Part shown: positions 26,691-40,261 of the stretch, piece by piece
Layout of the letters: each line of letters starts with the position of its first letter
How positions within the stretch are numbered: position 1 is the first letter of the stretch
Assembly (NCBI GenBank): GCA_009914755.4
Contig: CP068257.2
Span: 25,056,001 to 25,120,000 of the forward strand
Length of the DNA stretch: 64,000 bases
Reading direction: 5' to 3'
Source: the human T2T-CHM13v2.0 reference genome, Homo sapiens
Translations under genes and position numbers: made by a program
The notes under the pieces: model-generated
What the model saw: only the letters and a program-made list of their open reading frames with translations
Told to the model about the DNA's origin: nothing
The model's database searches: none

Positions 26691-27256
26691 GTTTCCTACT
26701 TGCTTGTAATCATTCAATCCAATAGTAAGAATTTTAATGAATTATTCTCCCTTTGCTATCTTCTAGTTTATTCACATGTTCCCTCAGAGGTTTAGGTGTT
26801 TTTTTTTTTTTTTGTTTTTGCCTTTTGGTCTTTTCTTTTCTTTTTAATTTTTTTTTTTGTTTTCTTACTTTTTATTTATTTATTTTTTTGGAGAGCCAAT
26901 AGATAATATATATTTTTAAATTTATTGCAATAGCTTTAGGGGTACTAGTGGTTTTGGTTACATGGTTGAATTGAATAGTAGTAAAGTCTAAGAATTTTAG
27001 TGCACCTGTCACATGAGTAGTGCACGTTGTACCCAACAGGTAGTTTTTCATCCCTCACCTCCCTCTAGTCCTCCCCACTTCTAAGTCTCCATTGTCCATT
27101 TTACCACTCTGAATGCCTTTGTGTATCCATAGCTTAGCTCCCACTTATACATGAGAACATGCAGTATTTGGTCTTTTATTGCTGAGTTACTTTACTTAGA
27201 ATAATGGCCTCCAGTTCCATTCAAAGTTGCTGCAAAAGACATTATTTCATTCCTTT

Positions 27257-27560
27257 TTATGGCTGACTAGTATTCCATGGTGTATATGTATAACACATTT
27301 TCTTTATCCACTCATTGGTTGATAGGCACTTAGGATGTTCCCATATCTTAGAAACTGTGAATTGTGCTGTGAGAAGCATACACATACAGGTGTCTTTTGG
27401 ATATAGTGACTTCTTTTCCTTTGGGTAAATACCCAGCACTGGGAGTGCTGGATCAAATGATAGATCTACTTTTAGTTCTCTGAGAAATCTCCATACTGTT
27501 TTCCATAGAGGTTGTACTAATTTACATTCCCACCAGCAGTGTATAAGAATTCCTTTTTGC

Positions 27561-27580
<20 letters not shown>
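27257..27580 (-). pseudogene. L1 ORF2 C-terminal remnant (not a host gene)
   Basis: 107-aa ORF in the track, ...[48 protein letters not shown]..., homologous to the L1 ORF2p C-terminal region. Confidence 0.8.
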
Positions 27581-27885
<305 letters not shown>

Positions 27886-28958
27886 TCATCACATCCATGC
27901 CAAAATCTATTGCTTTTGACTTTTTAGTAATGGCCATTCTGGCTGGGGTAAGGTGGAGTCTCATTGTGGTTTTAATTTGCATTTTCCTGATAATTAGTGA
28001 TTTTTTTTCCATACATTTGTTGGCCATCTGTATTTCTTCTTTTTAGAAATGTACATTCATGTTATTTGCCCATTTTTAAATGGGATTATTTGTTTTTTTT
28101 CTTGCTGATTTGTTTGAATTCCTTATAGATTCTGGATGTTAGTCCTTTGTCGGATGCATAATTACAAATATTTTCTCCCATTCTACAGGTTGTCTGTAGA
28201 TTATTTCTTTTGCTGTGCAGAAGCTTTTTAGTTTAGTTAGGTCTCACTCACTTCTTGTTGTTTTTGTTGCATTTGTTATTGGGCCACAGTCATGAATTCT
28301 TTGCTTAGGTCAACGTTCAAAGGAATTTTTCCTAGGTTATCTTCTATAATTTTTATGGTTTCAGGACTTAGGTTAAAATCTTTAATCCAGCTTGAGCTAA
28401 TTATTGTGTATGGTGAAAGATAGACAGAGATTCAGCTTCAATTGTCTACATGTGGCCATCCAATTTTCCCAACACCATTTATTGAATAGGGTATCTTTTC
28501 CCCAATTTATGCTTTTGTATGCTTTGTCAAAAATTAGTTGGTTTTAAGTATTTGGCTTAATTTTTGCATTCTCTATTCTGTTCCACTGGTCTATGTATCC
28601 ACTTTTACATCAATACCATGCTATTTTGGTTAGGATAGCCTTGTATAATTTGCAGTCAGGTAATGTCATGCCTCTGGATTTGTTCCTTTGGCTTCAGATT
28701 GCTTTGACTATTTGGGCTCTTATTTGGTTCCCTGTGAATTTTAGGATTGTTTTGTCTAATTCTGCATTAGATCTGTAGATTGCTTTGAGAAGTATTGTCA
28801 TTTTCATGATATAGATTCTTCTAATTCATGAGCATGGAATGTATTTCCATTTGTTTGTGTCACCTATGATTACTTTCAGCAATGTTTTGTAGTTCTCCTT
28901 GTAGCAATCTTTCACCTCCTCAGTTAAGCGTATTCCTAGGTATTTGATTTAATTTTTT

Positions 28959-29321
28959 TTAGCTATTGTGAAGGGGACTGTATTCTTGATTTAATTTAAT
29001 TCTCTGCTTGGTCTTGCTGGTATATAGCAGTGCTACTGATTTGGGTACATTGATTTTGTAATATGAGACATTTCTGAATTTGTTATTCAGATCTAGCAGT
29101 CTTCTGGAGGTATCTTTAGAGTTTTCTAGGTATAAGACAATATTATCAGTAAACAGAGACAGTCTGACTTCCTCTTTTCCAATTTGGATTCCTTTTATTT
29201 CTTTCTCTTGTCTAATTGTTCTGACTAGGACTTCCAGTACAATGTTGATTAGAAGTGGTGAAAGTGAGCATTCTTGTCTTGTTCCAGTTCTTAGGGGGAA
29301 TGCTTTCAATTTTCCCCACAT
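28959..29321 (-). pseudogene. L1 ORF2 reverse-transcriptase domain remnant (not a host gene)
   Basis: 120-aa ORF: ...[63 protein letters not shown]... It contains the FxDD (L1 FADD-type) catalytic box and flanking RT motifs. Confidence 0.85.
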
Positions 29322-29808
29322 AGTATGATGTTGGCTGTGGGTTTGTCATATATAGCTTTTATTATTTTTAGGTATGTTGCTTGTATGCCTAGGTTTTGAG
29401 GGTTTTTATTGAAAAGGGATGCTGGATTTTAACTAACGCTTTTTCTGCCTCTATTGAAATTACCATGTTGTTTTTGTTTTAGTTCTATTAGTGATGAATT
29501 ACATTTATTGACTTGTGTACGTTGACTCACCCCTGCATCCCTGGAATGAAATCCACTTGATCATGATGATTATTTTTTAGGATGTGCTTTTGGATTTGGT
29601 TTGCTAGTATTTTATTGAGAAATTTTGCATCTATATTCATCAAGGACATTGGTTTGCAATTTTCCCTTTTTTTTTTTTTTTATGTCCTGACTTTTGTATC
29701 AGGGCAATATTGACTTCATAGAATAAATTAGGGAGGATATTTTCTTTCTCAATATTTTGGAATATTTTCAGTAAAATTGGCACTAATTCTTCTTTGACTG
29801 TCTTGTAG

Positions 29809-30147
<339 letters not shown>

Positions 30148-31789
30148 AAGCTTATTTTTTTGTTGGCAGTTTTTTCATTATTGATTCAGTCTCACTGCTT
30201 GTTATTGGTCTGTTCAGGATTTTGATTTATTTCTGATTCAAGCTAGAGGGGTTATATGTTTTTAGGAATTTATCCATTTCCTCTGGGTTTTCTAGTTTGT
30301 GTGCACAGAGGTGTTCATAATAGACACAAATGACCTTTTGTATTTCTGTGGTGTCAATTGTAATGCCTCCATTTTCATTTCTAATTGAGCTTATTTGAAT
30401 CTTTGCTTTATTTTCTTCATTAATCTAGCTAGTGGTCTATTAACTTTATTTTTTTAGAGAACAAACTTTTTGTTTCTATAATCTTTTGTATTTTTTTGTT
30501 GCAATTTTGTTTGGTTTTGCTCTGCTCTTTGTTATTTCTTTTCTTCTGCTAGCTCTGGGTTTGGTTTATTCTTGTTTCTCTATTTCCTTGTGGTGTGACA
30601 TTAGGTTGTCAGTTTGTGATCTTTTCGACTTTTTGACGCAGACATTTAGTGCTACAAACTTTCCTCTTATCACTTCTTTTGCTTTATTCGAAAGATTTTG
30701 ATAATGTGTCACTTATCATTCATTTTGAAAATTATTTACATTCCCATATTCATTTCATTGTTAACCTAACAATCATTCAAGAGTGGATTTTTTCAATTCC
30801 ATGTATTTGTATAGTTTTGTGGGTTACTTTTTGAATTGATTTCTAATTTTATTCTGCTGGGGTATAAGAAGATACTTGATATGATTTTGATTTTTAGGAT
30901 ATATTGAGACTTTTTTAATGGGCCACTATGTGGTCTATCTTGGAGAAAGGTCCATGTGCTGATGAGAAGGATGTGTATCCTGTAGTTCTTGGGTAGAATG
31001 TTCTGTAAATGATTCTTACATTCACTTGTTCTAGAGTTCAGTTTAAGTCCTGTGTTTATTTGTTAAGTTTCTGCATTGATGATCTGTCTAGTGCTGTCAG
31101 TGGAGCGTTGAAGTACCCCACTATTACTGTGTTGCTGTCTATCTCTTTTCTTAGGTCTAGTAGTAATATTATGAATCTGGGAGCTCCAGAGTAAGGTGAA
31201 TATATTTTTAGGATTGTCATATCTCCTTGTTGAATTGATCCTTTTATCATTATAACTTTCTTTGTCTTCTTTTAACTGTTGTTGCTTTAAGGTTTGTTTT
31301 ATATGATGTAAGAATAGCTATTCCTGCTCATTTTTAGTTTCCATTTGTGGGAAATATCTTTTTCCAATCTATTACCTTGAGTCTACAAGAATCCTTACAT
31401 GTTAGGTATGTCTCCTGAAGACAGCAGATATTTGGTTTGTAATTTTTTCTATCCATTCTGCCAATTTGTATCTTTTAAGCAGAGCATTTAGACCATTTAC
31501 TTTCAACACTAATATTGAGATGTGACATACTGTTCCAGTTATCACATTGATTATTACCTAGTGACTTTGTTTTATTTTTTGTGTTATTGTTTTATAAGCC
31601 CTGTGAGTTTTATGCTTTCAGGAGTTTCTATTCTGGTGAGCATCAACCTTTTGTTTCAAGACTTAGAACTAATTTTAGCATTTCCCGTTGGGCTGGTCTA
31701 GTATTGACAAATTTTCACATCATTTGCTAATCTGAGAAAGTCTATTTCTCCTTTACTTATGAAACTTAGTTTTTAAAATTTTTTTAAAG

Positions 31790-32010
31790 TTTTATTTTAG
31801 TTTCAAGTGTACATGTGCAGGTTTTTTCTATACATAAATTGCATGTTGTGGAGGTTTGGTGTACATATTATTTCATCATCCAGGTAATAAGCATAGTACC
31901 CAAGAGGCAGTTTTTCAATCCTCCCTCTCCACCATCTACCCTCAAGAAGGCCCCAGTATCTATTGTGAAACTCAGTTTTGTTGGGTACAAAATTCTAAGC
32001 TGATAGTTAT
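31790..32010 (-). mobile_element. L1 3'-terminal fragment (~220 bp) inside or at a rearrangement of the larger L1
   Basis: TTTTATTTTAGTTTCAAGTGTACATGTGCAGGTTTTTTCTATACATAAATTGCATGTTGTGGAGGTTTGGTGTACATATTATTTCATCATCCAGGTAATAAGCATAGTACCCAAG... is the reverse complement of the canonical L1 3' UTR end. It sits between the ORF1 C-terminal coding sequence (to ~31780) and mid-ORF1 (from ~32025). Confidence 0.6.
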
Positions 32011-32024
32011 TCTGTTCATGGAGA

Positions 32025-32297
32025 CTAAAGATAAGACCCCAGTTCCTTTTTGCTTGTAAGGTTTCTCAGAGAAAGAATAGATTTTCCTTTACAGGTTACC
32101 TGATGCTTTTGTCTCACTGCTCTTAGAATTCTTTCCTTCATGTTGAATTTAGATAGTCTGAAGAATATATGCATTGGTGGTGTCCTTTTTGCCATGAACG
32201 TCCCAGGAGTTCTTTGAGCTTTTTGTATTTGGATGTCTAAATCTCTAGCAAGGTCAGGGAAGTTTCCCTCAATTATTCCTTCAAATAGGATTTCCAA
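32025..32297 (-). pseudogene. L1 ORF1 remnant (not a host gene)
   Basis: 90-aa ORF ...EGIIEGNFPDLARDLDIQIQKAQRTPGTFMAKRTPPMHIFFRLSKFNMKERILRAVRQKHQVTCKGK..., homologous to the central region of L1 ORF1p. Confidence 0.8.
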
Positions 32298-33589
32298 ACA
32301 TTTTGCTTTTTATTCTCCTTCAGGAAACCAGTGATTCTTAGGTTTGGCTATGTTACATAATCCTATATTTCTTGGAGACATTTTTCACTTCTGATTCTTT
32401 TCTTCTTATTTTTGTCTGATTATGTTAATTGAAAAGTCTTTCCTTTGAGTTCTGAAATCTTTTCTTCTACTTGGTGTAGTCTATAGCTAAAATTTTCCAC
32501 TGCATTTCATAGTTCCCTAAATGTATCTTTCATTTCCAGAAATTATAATTGGTTTTTCTTAAAATATCTCTTTAGAACATTTTTCATTCATATCCTGAAT
32601 TGTATTTTTAAATTTATTTATGTTGGTTTTCACCATTCTCTTGTATTCCCTTGAATAACTTAATAATCAACCTTTTGAATTCTGTGTCGCAGATTTCAAA
32701 GATATCATCTTGGTTTGGCTCCACTGTTGGGAGTAAATGTGATATTTGGGGCTGATATAGAACCCGATTTTTTCATATTGCCAGAATCATTTTTCTTGTT
32801 CCTTCTCATTTACTTACTTTTTTTCTAATTATTTTTGAATTTACTTTTTATTTGACTGGGTTTTAAATTTTTGTTCCCCCTTGAGGATGAGACTTTAACA
32901 TTTATAAGCTGTTGTCATCTACCTTTGGCTGTAGGTGTTTTCAGTGGTGAAGACTTTGTGTGAGTTTTCAGTTGTAGAAAATCTTTGTGTGATGAATTGC
33001 TCTGATGAGGATTTAGTAATGATATGCTGGATGTGTGAGCAGATTCACTGTCTCCTGTGGGGCTGAAGTGGCAGAGGTCTCAGGAAGCTTATCTCATTTC
33101 CCAGTGGTGTGCACTTTTATAAATGTTTTCCCCACTGTTTTACTCACTGGGTTGAACAGTTCAGGCTTTGGGCCATTAGGAGGTGCCCATGAGGAAAAAC
33201 TGGCCAAGGATAAAGCAGATGGGTAAGTTCAATACCCCAGTGGTGACCAGAGGTCCCAGCTGGGGAATCTCTCAGTGAAATGCACTGAGGTCTTTTCAGA
33301 AGGAAGGGAGAAAGCCACCATACCTCCCCTTCAGGAAATTCATCCCAGTTACACTCTTGACCCCATGTTCCAGCTACTCAGATTAGACAAGCACCTCTTT
33401 ATCTGCTTCATGTAGACAGGGATGGTGACTCTACGTCTTGTGCAAGCCAAGCCTGAATCAAGGGCGCTCCTACTGTGGGGATGCATCCTGCAGTGTTCCA
33501 GAAAGGCTGTCTACGGATGCACCCATGCTAAGCTCCCATGGGAGACATTCAGCTATGTCTGGAGTGGCAGACGCGGGGGAGAAGAAATC

Positions 33590-34142
33590 AGTATTAGGGT
33601 TCTCTAAAGAAGCAGAACTAATAGGATATATGTATATAAGAAAGGGAGTTTATTAGGGAGAATTGACCCACATGATCACAAGGTAAAGTCCCATGATAGG
33701 TCATCTGCAAGTTGAGGAGCAAGGAAGCCAGTGGTGGATCAGTCCAAGTCCCAAAACCTCAAAAGTAGGGAAGCCGACAGTGTGGCCTTCAGTCTGTTGT
33801 TGAAGGCCTGAGGGCCCTGGCAAACCACTAGTGTAAGTCTAAGAGTCCAAAAGCAGAACTTGCAGTCTAATGTTTGAGGGAAGGAAGCATCCAGCACAGG
33901 AGAAAGATGAAGACCGGAAGACTCAGCAAGTCAGCTCCTTCCACCTTCTCCTGCCTGCTTTATTCTAGCTGCATTGGCGGCTGATTAGATGGAGCCCACC
34001 TAGATTGAGGGTGGGTCTGCCTCTCCCAGTCCACTAACTCAAAGGTTAATCTCTTATGGCAACACCCTCACAGACACACCCAGGAGCAATAATTTGCTTC
34101 CTTCAGTCCAATCATGTTGACACACAGTATTAACCATCACAA
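33590..34142 (-). mobile_element. ERVL LTR, MLT2-like
   Basis: Begins GTATTAGGGTTCTCTAAAGAAGCAGAACTAATAGGATATATGTATATAAGAAAGGGAGTTTATTAGGGAGAATTGACCCACATGATCACAAGG. Contains ...TTCTAGCTGCATTGGCGGCTGATTAGATGGAGCCCACCTAGATTGAGGGTGGGTCTGCCTCTCCCAGTCCACTAACTCAAAGGTTAATCTC.... Ends ...CATGTTGACACACAGTATTAACCATCACA, the reverse complement of the MLT2 5' end TGTGATGGTTAAT... A purine-rich tract (reverse complement GGAGAAGGGGAC) abuts the 34143 side. Confidence 0.55.
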
Positions 34143-35929
34143 AGTCCCCTTCTCCAAGACTGTTCATGAGCACCAGGGCTGCCTAACCGTTGAGGTAGAC
34201 CCCACAAACTTTCCACACTGAGTCCAGCACTGCTGCTGTGACTGCTGAAAGAAACTTTCCACAGTGAAAAGGTAGGGACCCAAGGCCTGAAGTCTGGTTT
34301 CTTTTGTCCCATGGAATGCTCCCTTAATGTGGTACATTCCCTCTTTTTCTAGGAGTAGCAGTCCCTGAGCACCAGCCTACTGTGACTCCTGCTGCTCCTC
34401 TGGGTCTAACCACCCAGTGGGGCTGCCATACTTTGATGCTGGGAATGTCTACAAGGGATCGAGTGATGTGACCTGTCCTTCAAGTCTCCCAGCACCAGAT
34501 CTGATAGGGGTGAGAGAGGAGTCATGTAGATTCTGTGAGATTCCTTGGTTATAAATAGCCTTAGTGTTGTGGCCTTCACAAATGCCAGCTGTACTGGTCA
34601 TGTAGACAGATTCAACACCTCCTGGTTAGCCAGTGTGACCACAGTCATGTTAGTCTCTATTCAAACTGGGGTTGCACAGAAGTTTTCTCCTTTGTGAGCA
34701 TGATGTTAACGGAACCGGCTGATATTGTATTGGGTTGTGTCATTTAACCTCTAGCCAGGAGGTGGCGCCTGCGAAAGACCACAAGCTGTGATAGCAGCAG
34801 TGGAATTTTTGCTTTTGCTTGCCTTTTGTTACCCAAGGAGGTGCTCTGGTGTTTGAAGTGATGTGTGGGGCCACGGAACTTTCAAATGTCTCTATCCATT
34901 GTGTTACCCTACAAGGACAGGTGGAGAAGCAAAGCCCGGCGGGGGTGGGTCAGGCCGTCTGTGCTCTGGCTTCCCATGTGGAGTCACAAGCAGCTGCCCC
35001 AGTGGAAATCAGAGGTCAGTTCCCCGGCCCCTGGGGTAATGTTCCACAGAGCAGCACAGCTGCTTCTGTTGCACAGAAGAATCCACATGGGGAGTGAAGT
35101 GTAGCAGGTGGCGGTAAGCCCCACTCTGCTCCCACACACTTGGCAAGGCAGGTCTCACATCAGCAGTGTTCTGCTAGCAGCAGCTTGCTGGGTTCCAGGC
35201 AGCCTGCAGTCAGAACTTCAGATTGCCCCAGGCCATAAGCTTTCCTGACCAAGACAGAAACTGGGCTTTCAGGCCACATTCATGAAGCAGAGGCCCTCAG
35301 CTTCTGTGCCTGTGGCTACAGCACACTTCCCAGTTACCCCTCAGTTCTGGCCGATGGGGTTCATCTCCGCTGAAGATTATATCGCAAATCTCAGTTGGGA
35401 GCTTCTCTCAAAATGTGACTGCCACCTGAGTTAGCTGGCAGACTTCTGCGATCTTCCCTGTGAGATAGGGTGAGGAATGGCTTCCCTCTGTCCCTGCTGG
35501 GGCCTGGGAGAACATGCAAAGCTGTCCAAATGCTGCTCCTTCTCATATGTTCCCCACCACCCACTAAATCAGTTCCAATTCTAGATAGAGTTAAGGCCTC
35601 CCCCCGTGGCCTGGATTGCTGGGATCTTCCATGGCAGTGTTTGTCATGGTGGCATTCTCTCCCCCTTCACACTCTGGAGGCTCACAGTTTTCCACCTGGA
35701 CCATGGTATAGGCTGCTGCCCAGCACTTCTTTCAAACGGTCTGTGATTTTATTCAGCTTTTCTAAGTTCCCGTGTTGCTTCTTGGAGAAAAGTTCACAGC
35801 GTGAATCTCTGTATTTTGTCTGTCCACATGGGCTGTCTTAAAATTTGTGATGTCATCTCCATATGGGATGAAGCATGGAGGCAGGCTAACAATGCCTCCA
35901 ATTTGCTATGGGGGGGAGAAAACTATTTT

Positions 35930-36215
35930 TAAAATTTTTAATGAACACATAATTGTACATATTTATGGGGAGCAATGTTATATTTCAACACATGTATACA
36001 TTGTGTAGTTATCAAACCAGGGTATTTGACTGTTCATCACTTCCGATATTTATCACTTCTTTTTGGTGTAAACATACAAAACCCTTTCTTCTGGCTATTG
36101 ATATATACAATGCCTTATTGAGAACCATAGTCAACCTACTGTGAAATAGGACAACAGAATATATTCTTCCTTTGGGTGTTACTTCTTTTTAAAAAAATAT
36201 AAGTTGAATTTAATC
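35930..36215 (+). mobile_element. L1 3'-UTR terminal fragment
   Basis: ...AATTGTACATATTTATGGGGAGCAATGTTATATTTCAACACATGTATACATTGTGTAGTTATCAAACCAGGGTATTTGACTGTTCATCACTTCCGATATTTATCACTTCTTTTTGGTGTAAACATACAAAACCCTTTCTTCTGGCTATTGATATATACAATGCCTTATTGAGAACCATAGTCAACCTACTGTGAAATAGGACAACAGAA... matches the older-L1 3' end, followed by an A-rich tail. Confidence 0.55.
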
Positions 36216-36296
36216 TTTATTAAAGTCTTGACAGTAGAGCACTTATTAGGGATGCCAACCAGAGCTGGTAACTCTGTGGTAGGGTTTGAGGGAAGG

Positions 36297-36735
36297 TGTG
36301 AAGCCCCTCTTTCTCAATAATATCTGAATCACAGGTTTCACGCGTGTCTGTGTGAAGAGACCACCAAACAGGTTTTGTGTGAGCAACAAGGCTGTTTATT
36401 TCACCTGGGTGCAGGCAGGCTGAATCCAAAAAGAGAGTCAGTGAAGGGAGATAGGGGTGGGGCCGTTTTATAGGATTTGGGTAGGTAAAGGAAAATTACA
36501 GTCAAAGGGGGTTGTTCTTTGGCAGACAGGGGTGGGGGTCACAAGGTGCTCAGTGGGGGAGCTTTTTGAGCCAGGATGAGCCAGGAGAAGGAATTTCACA
36601 AGGTAATGTCATCAGTTAAGGCAGGAACAGGCCATTTTCACTTCTTTTGTGGTGGAATGTCATCCGTTAAGGCAGGAACCGGCCATCTGGATGTGTACGT
36701 GCAGGTCACAGGGGATATGATGGCTTAGCTTGGGC
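36297..36735 (-). mobile_element. Solo LTR7 (HERV-H LTR)
   Basis: The reverse complement reads TGTCAGGCCTCTGAGCCCAAGCTAAGCCATCATATCCCCTGTGACCTGCACGTACACATCCAGATGGCCGGTTCCTGCCTTAACGGATGACATTCCACCACAAAAGAAGTGAAAATGGCCTGTTCCTGCCTTAACTGATGACATTACCTTGTGAAATTCCTTCTCCTGGCTCATCCTGGCTCAAAAAGCTCCCCCACTGAGCACCTTGTGACCCCCACCCCTGTCTGCCAAAGAACAACCCCCTTTGACTGTAATTTTCCTTTACCTACCCAAATCCTATAAAACGGCCCCACCCCTATCTCCCTTCACTGACTCTCTTTTTGGATTCAGCCTGCCTGCACCCAGGTGAAATAAACAGCCTTGTTGCTCACACAAAACCTGTTTGGTGGTCTCTTCACACAGACACGCGTGAAACC. This is the LTR7 consensus, including the duplicated CTGCCTTAAC(G/T)GATGACATT motif. No HERV-H internal sequence is present. Confidence 0.75.
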
Positions 36736-37496
36736 TCAGAGGCCTGACAACAGGCACTTGAAATTTCCCAATAAGAATCTTTTTTTTTTTTTTGGTCACA
36801 GTCATGTTAGTTTCTATTCAAATTCTTCCTTCTCTATCCTTCCTTCCTGCCCCATCATCCTCCCCATCCCTTCATCCCATATGGAGATGACATCACAAAT
36901 TTTAATGTACATAGGAATCACTGGGGTGGTTTATTAGGAATGCACGTATCTGGGCCTCAGCTCTAAGGATTCCAGTTCTGTATGGGCTTAGGGTGGGACT
37001 CGGAATCTGCATTTTTACTAGACCTTATTTCACGCTAATGCAGGCTTACATTCTTAGTGGCTTATACAAAAGTATTTTCCAGATACTTTGCAAATCATGA
37101 AAAGTCCAGAACCAGGATATAAGAAATTTAGAAGACTATTGATGAAGACAATGGAATATAATATTAATAGTTGCCATCAACTGACAGCGTAGAATATGCT
37201 TGATGTTTAACGCATGTTAATTTTCATCATTATACCAGTCCTGGAGGATAGGTGCTATTGTCACCATTTTACAATGAGAAAAGAGAGGCTGAAAAGGAAG
37301 AGTAATTGCCCATCTTCTCACACAGTAAATAGTAAGAATGAAATCTGAATCCAAATACAATCCCAAAGTCCTTCCTTTGAGGAAGAGAGGAAGTTTATCT
37401 ACTGACTCTGATAACAATTAGTGACTAAGGCCATTTCTTGAATGAGTAATTCTTAGCCCGTTATAGAACCTACAAGACACCCCAAGTCTAAAAAAT

Positions 37497-37522
37497 GTTT
37501 TGTTGTTGTTGTTGTTGTTTGG
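37497..37522. repeat. (GTT)n microsatellite
   Basis: ttttgttgttgttgttgttgtttgg. Confidence 0.9.
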
Positions 37523-37712
37523 TGTGTTTACCTGTGTGAGACAAACTAACAACATAAGCCATGCTTCCTCATTTCTGTTTGGCAGCATGATTTCATAAGC
37601 CCCTATGTGTTGATATGTAGTTTTTTGGAGGGATTCTTTGTAGATAAAATAGGATAGAGTGCAAAGACTTTCATGTCTCTTGCCTGAGTCACTATATTCC
37701 TTAAAAATAAAT

Positions 37713-37968
<256 letters not shown>

Positions 37969-38019
37969 CTATAAGGAGATGTACTCTATAGTCCTCAGTA
38001 AGACTGTAGGTTTTTCTCA

Positions 38020-38365
38020 ACTTTTATTTTAGTTTCAGGGTTACATGCGCAGGTTTGTTCTATAGAAAAATTGCATGTCGTGGGGGTTTGATGTACATAT
38101 TATTTCATCACCGAGATAATAAGCATAGTACCCAACGGGTAGTTTTTCAATCCTCAGCTTCCTCCCCGCCTACACCCTCTAGTAGTCCCTGGTGTCTGTG
38201 GTTCCCTTCTTTGTTTCCATGTGTATTCAGTGTTTAGCTCCCACTTATAAATAAGAACATGTGTTATTTAGTTTTCTGTTCCTGCACTAGTTCGCGCAGG
38301 ATAATGGCCTCCAGCTCCATCCATGTTGCTGCAAAGGACATGATCTCATTCTTTTTCTCATTTTC
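38020..38365 (-). mobile_element. L1 3'-end fragment
   Basis: CTTTTATTTTAGTTTCAGGGTTACATGCGCAGGTTTGTTCTATAGAAAAATTGCATGTCGTGGGGGTTTGATGTACATATTATTTCATCACCGAGATAATAAGCATAGTACCCAACGGGTAGTTTTTCAATCC...TTAGCTCCCACTTATAAATAAGAACATGTGTTATTTAGTTTTCTGTTCCTGCACTAGTTCGCGCAGGATAATGGCCTCCAGCTCCATCCATGTTGCTGCAAAGGACATGATCTCATTC. Confidence 0.7.
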
Positions 38366-39832
38366 TTTATTTCACTCATTTATCTAATGATTGATGATGT
38401 TGAGCATTTTTCTTTAATTTTTAAAAGCTTGATTTTTTCTTTGTCAATATTCATTTGATATGTGTGATGAAAATGAGACCCTAAACCCCCCAAATAACTG
38501 AATGAAACCCCTGTTTGCCAAGGGGACTGCTGAGAAACCTTAAAAGCTACATCTCCTACCAAAACAGGATGAGAGGTATGACACATCTCATTACAACCCT
38601 TCTCTCAATAACTACCATTGGTCTTTCTTCCTTAAGGGCTAAACAGAAGCAAACCCAGTTGACAGCCTTGCTACGCCACTGATTTCAATCAACTGACTGG
38701 TACTGCAGCCAGACCTGCCTTCCTCCTTGTGGTTTCCACAAGCAGCTGATCAGTTTAACAACACATCCCTTCCTGACTTTTGACTACTGACCACAGACTG
38801 GTTCTGGTCAGTTGACAGAGCACAGGTTTCCTCTTTGTCCTCTATTTCATATTTTTACACATACAGCCCAATTTTAATGCATCTACACATTAAGTCTCTG
38901 CCCCAAAGTGAACATGGGAAATATGGAACATGCATGCTTGTTTAATGTCCACCTGTGAGAATATTCATAGCTCCTTCTACAACCTGTTAAATATGTATAC
39001 TTAGCCAATTCATTCAGCATAAATTTCTGTCTCATCCTTCTTCCTTCAAAGTACCTGTTTTTGGTCTCTAATGGAGGCTACACTTCCCAGCCTGTAGGAT
39101 GACCATCCTGCAGGCTTCAACCCTTTATGAGGAATAAATCTCTCTTCTCCAAATTTATGGATCTTGTGATTCTTCGGTTGACAGATTGTTCTCCAGAGCT
39201 TTCAGTTAAGAAGTTTTGAGCTCCTTCTTATTTTTATTTGACCCCAAGTGAATGTGTTCTTTCTTGGGTTAGTAGAAAAGGCAACTTCCTGTTCTACTGG
39301 GTATAGATTTGATTAAATTGATCTGGGTACTGGACACGTTCTGTTCAGCCACCTCCAATCAACATATAAGCAGCCACTGTGTCTTGCTTAGGCTACTGCT
39401 ATAGCTCCTAAACTAAATTGCTATAATCCACTCTGTGCCCCTCTCGATGCAGCCAGCATGGGGTTTTCAAAATGTAAATGTGATCCTGTTACTATTGCTC
39501 TCTCCAACTCCCTCCCTTTCTCCTGTAGGATTTGTTTTAAATTGCTTTTACGATTAAAAAAATGAAGTTCATTAGTACGGTCTACCAGTCCCTTGGTACC
39601 CCCACCCACATTTTATCCTTTCTGCTGCATGGCTTTATGCCAACCTTAACAACTGCTTCAGCAAACTGTGGCTTCCACTTACATTTCCCATTCCCTTCCC
39701 AGAGCAGGGATTTACACTTGCTTTTGTGGAGGCCTGAGATATGCTTCTTTCCCCTCATTGCTTAGCTACACCCACTTCCTCTGACAGATCCCAATTCATG
39801 CATCACTTCCTTGATTTTGATAACTCAATTGA

Positions 39833-40261
<429 letters not shown>

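Noticed and set aside
28959-29321. 120-aa ORF with clear reverse-transcriptase similarity
   Set aside because: It is genuinely RT-like but is a fragment of L1 ORF2, within a decayed LINE-1 interrupted by Alus and frameshifts. It is annotated as an L1 remnant, not a host gene or a novel RT system.
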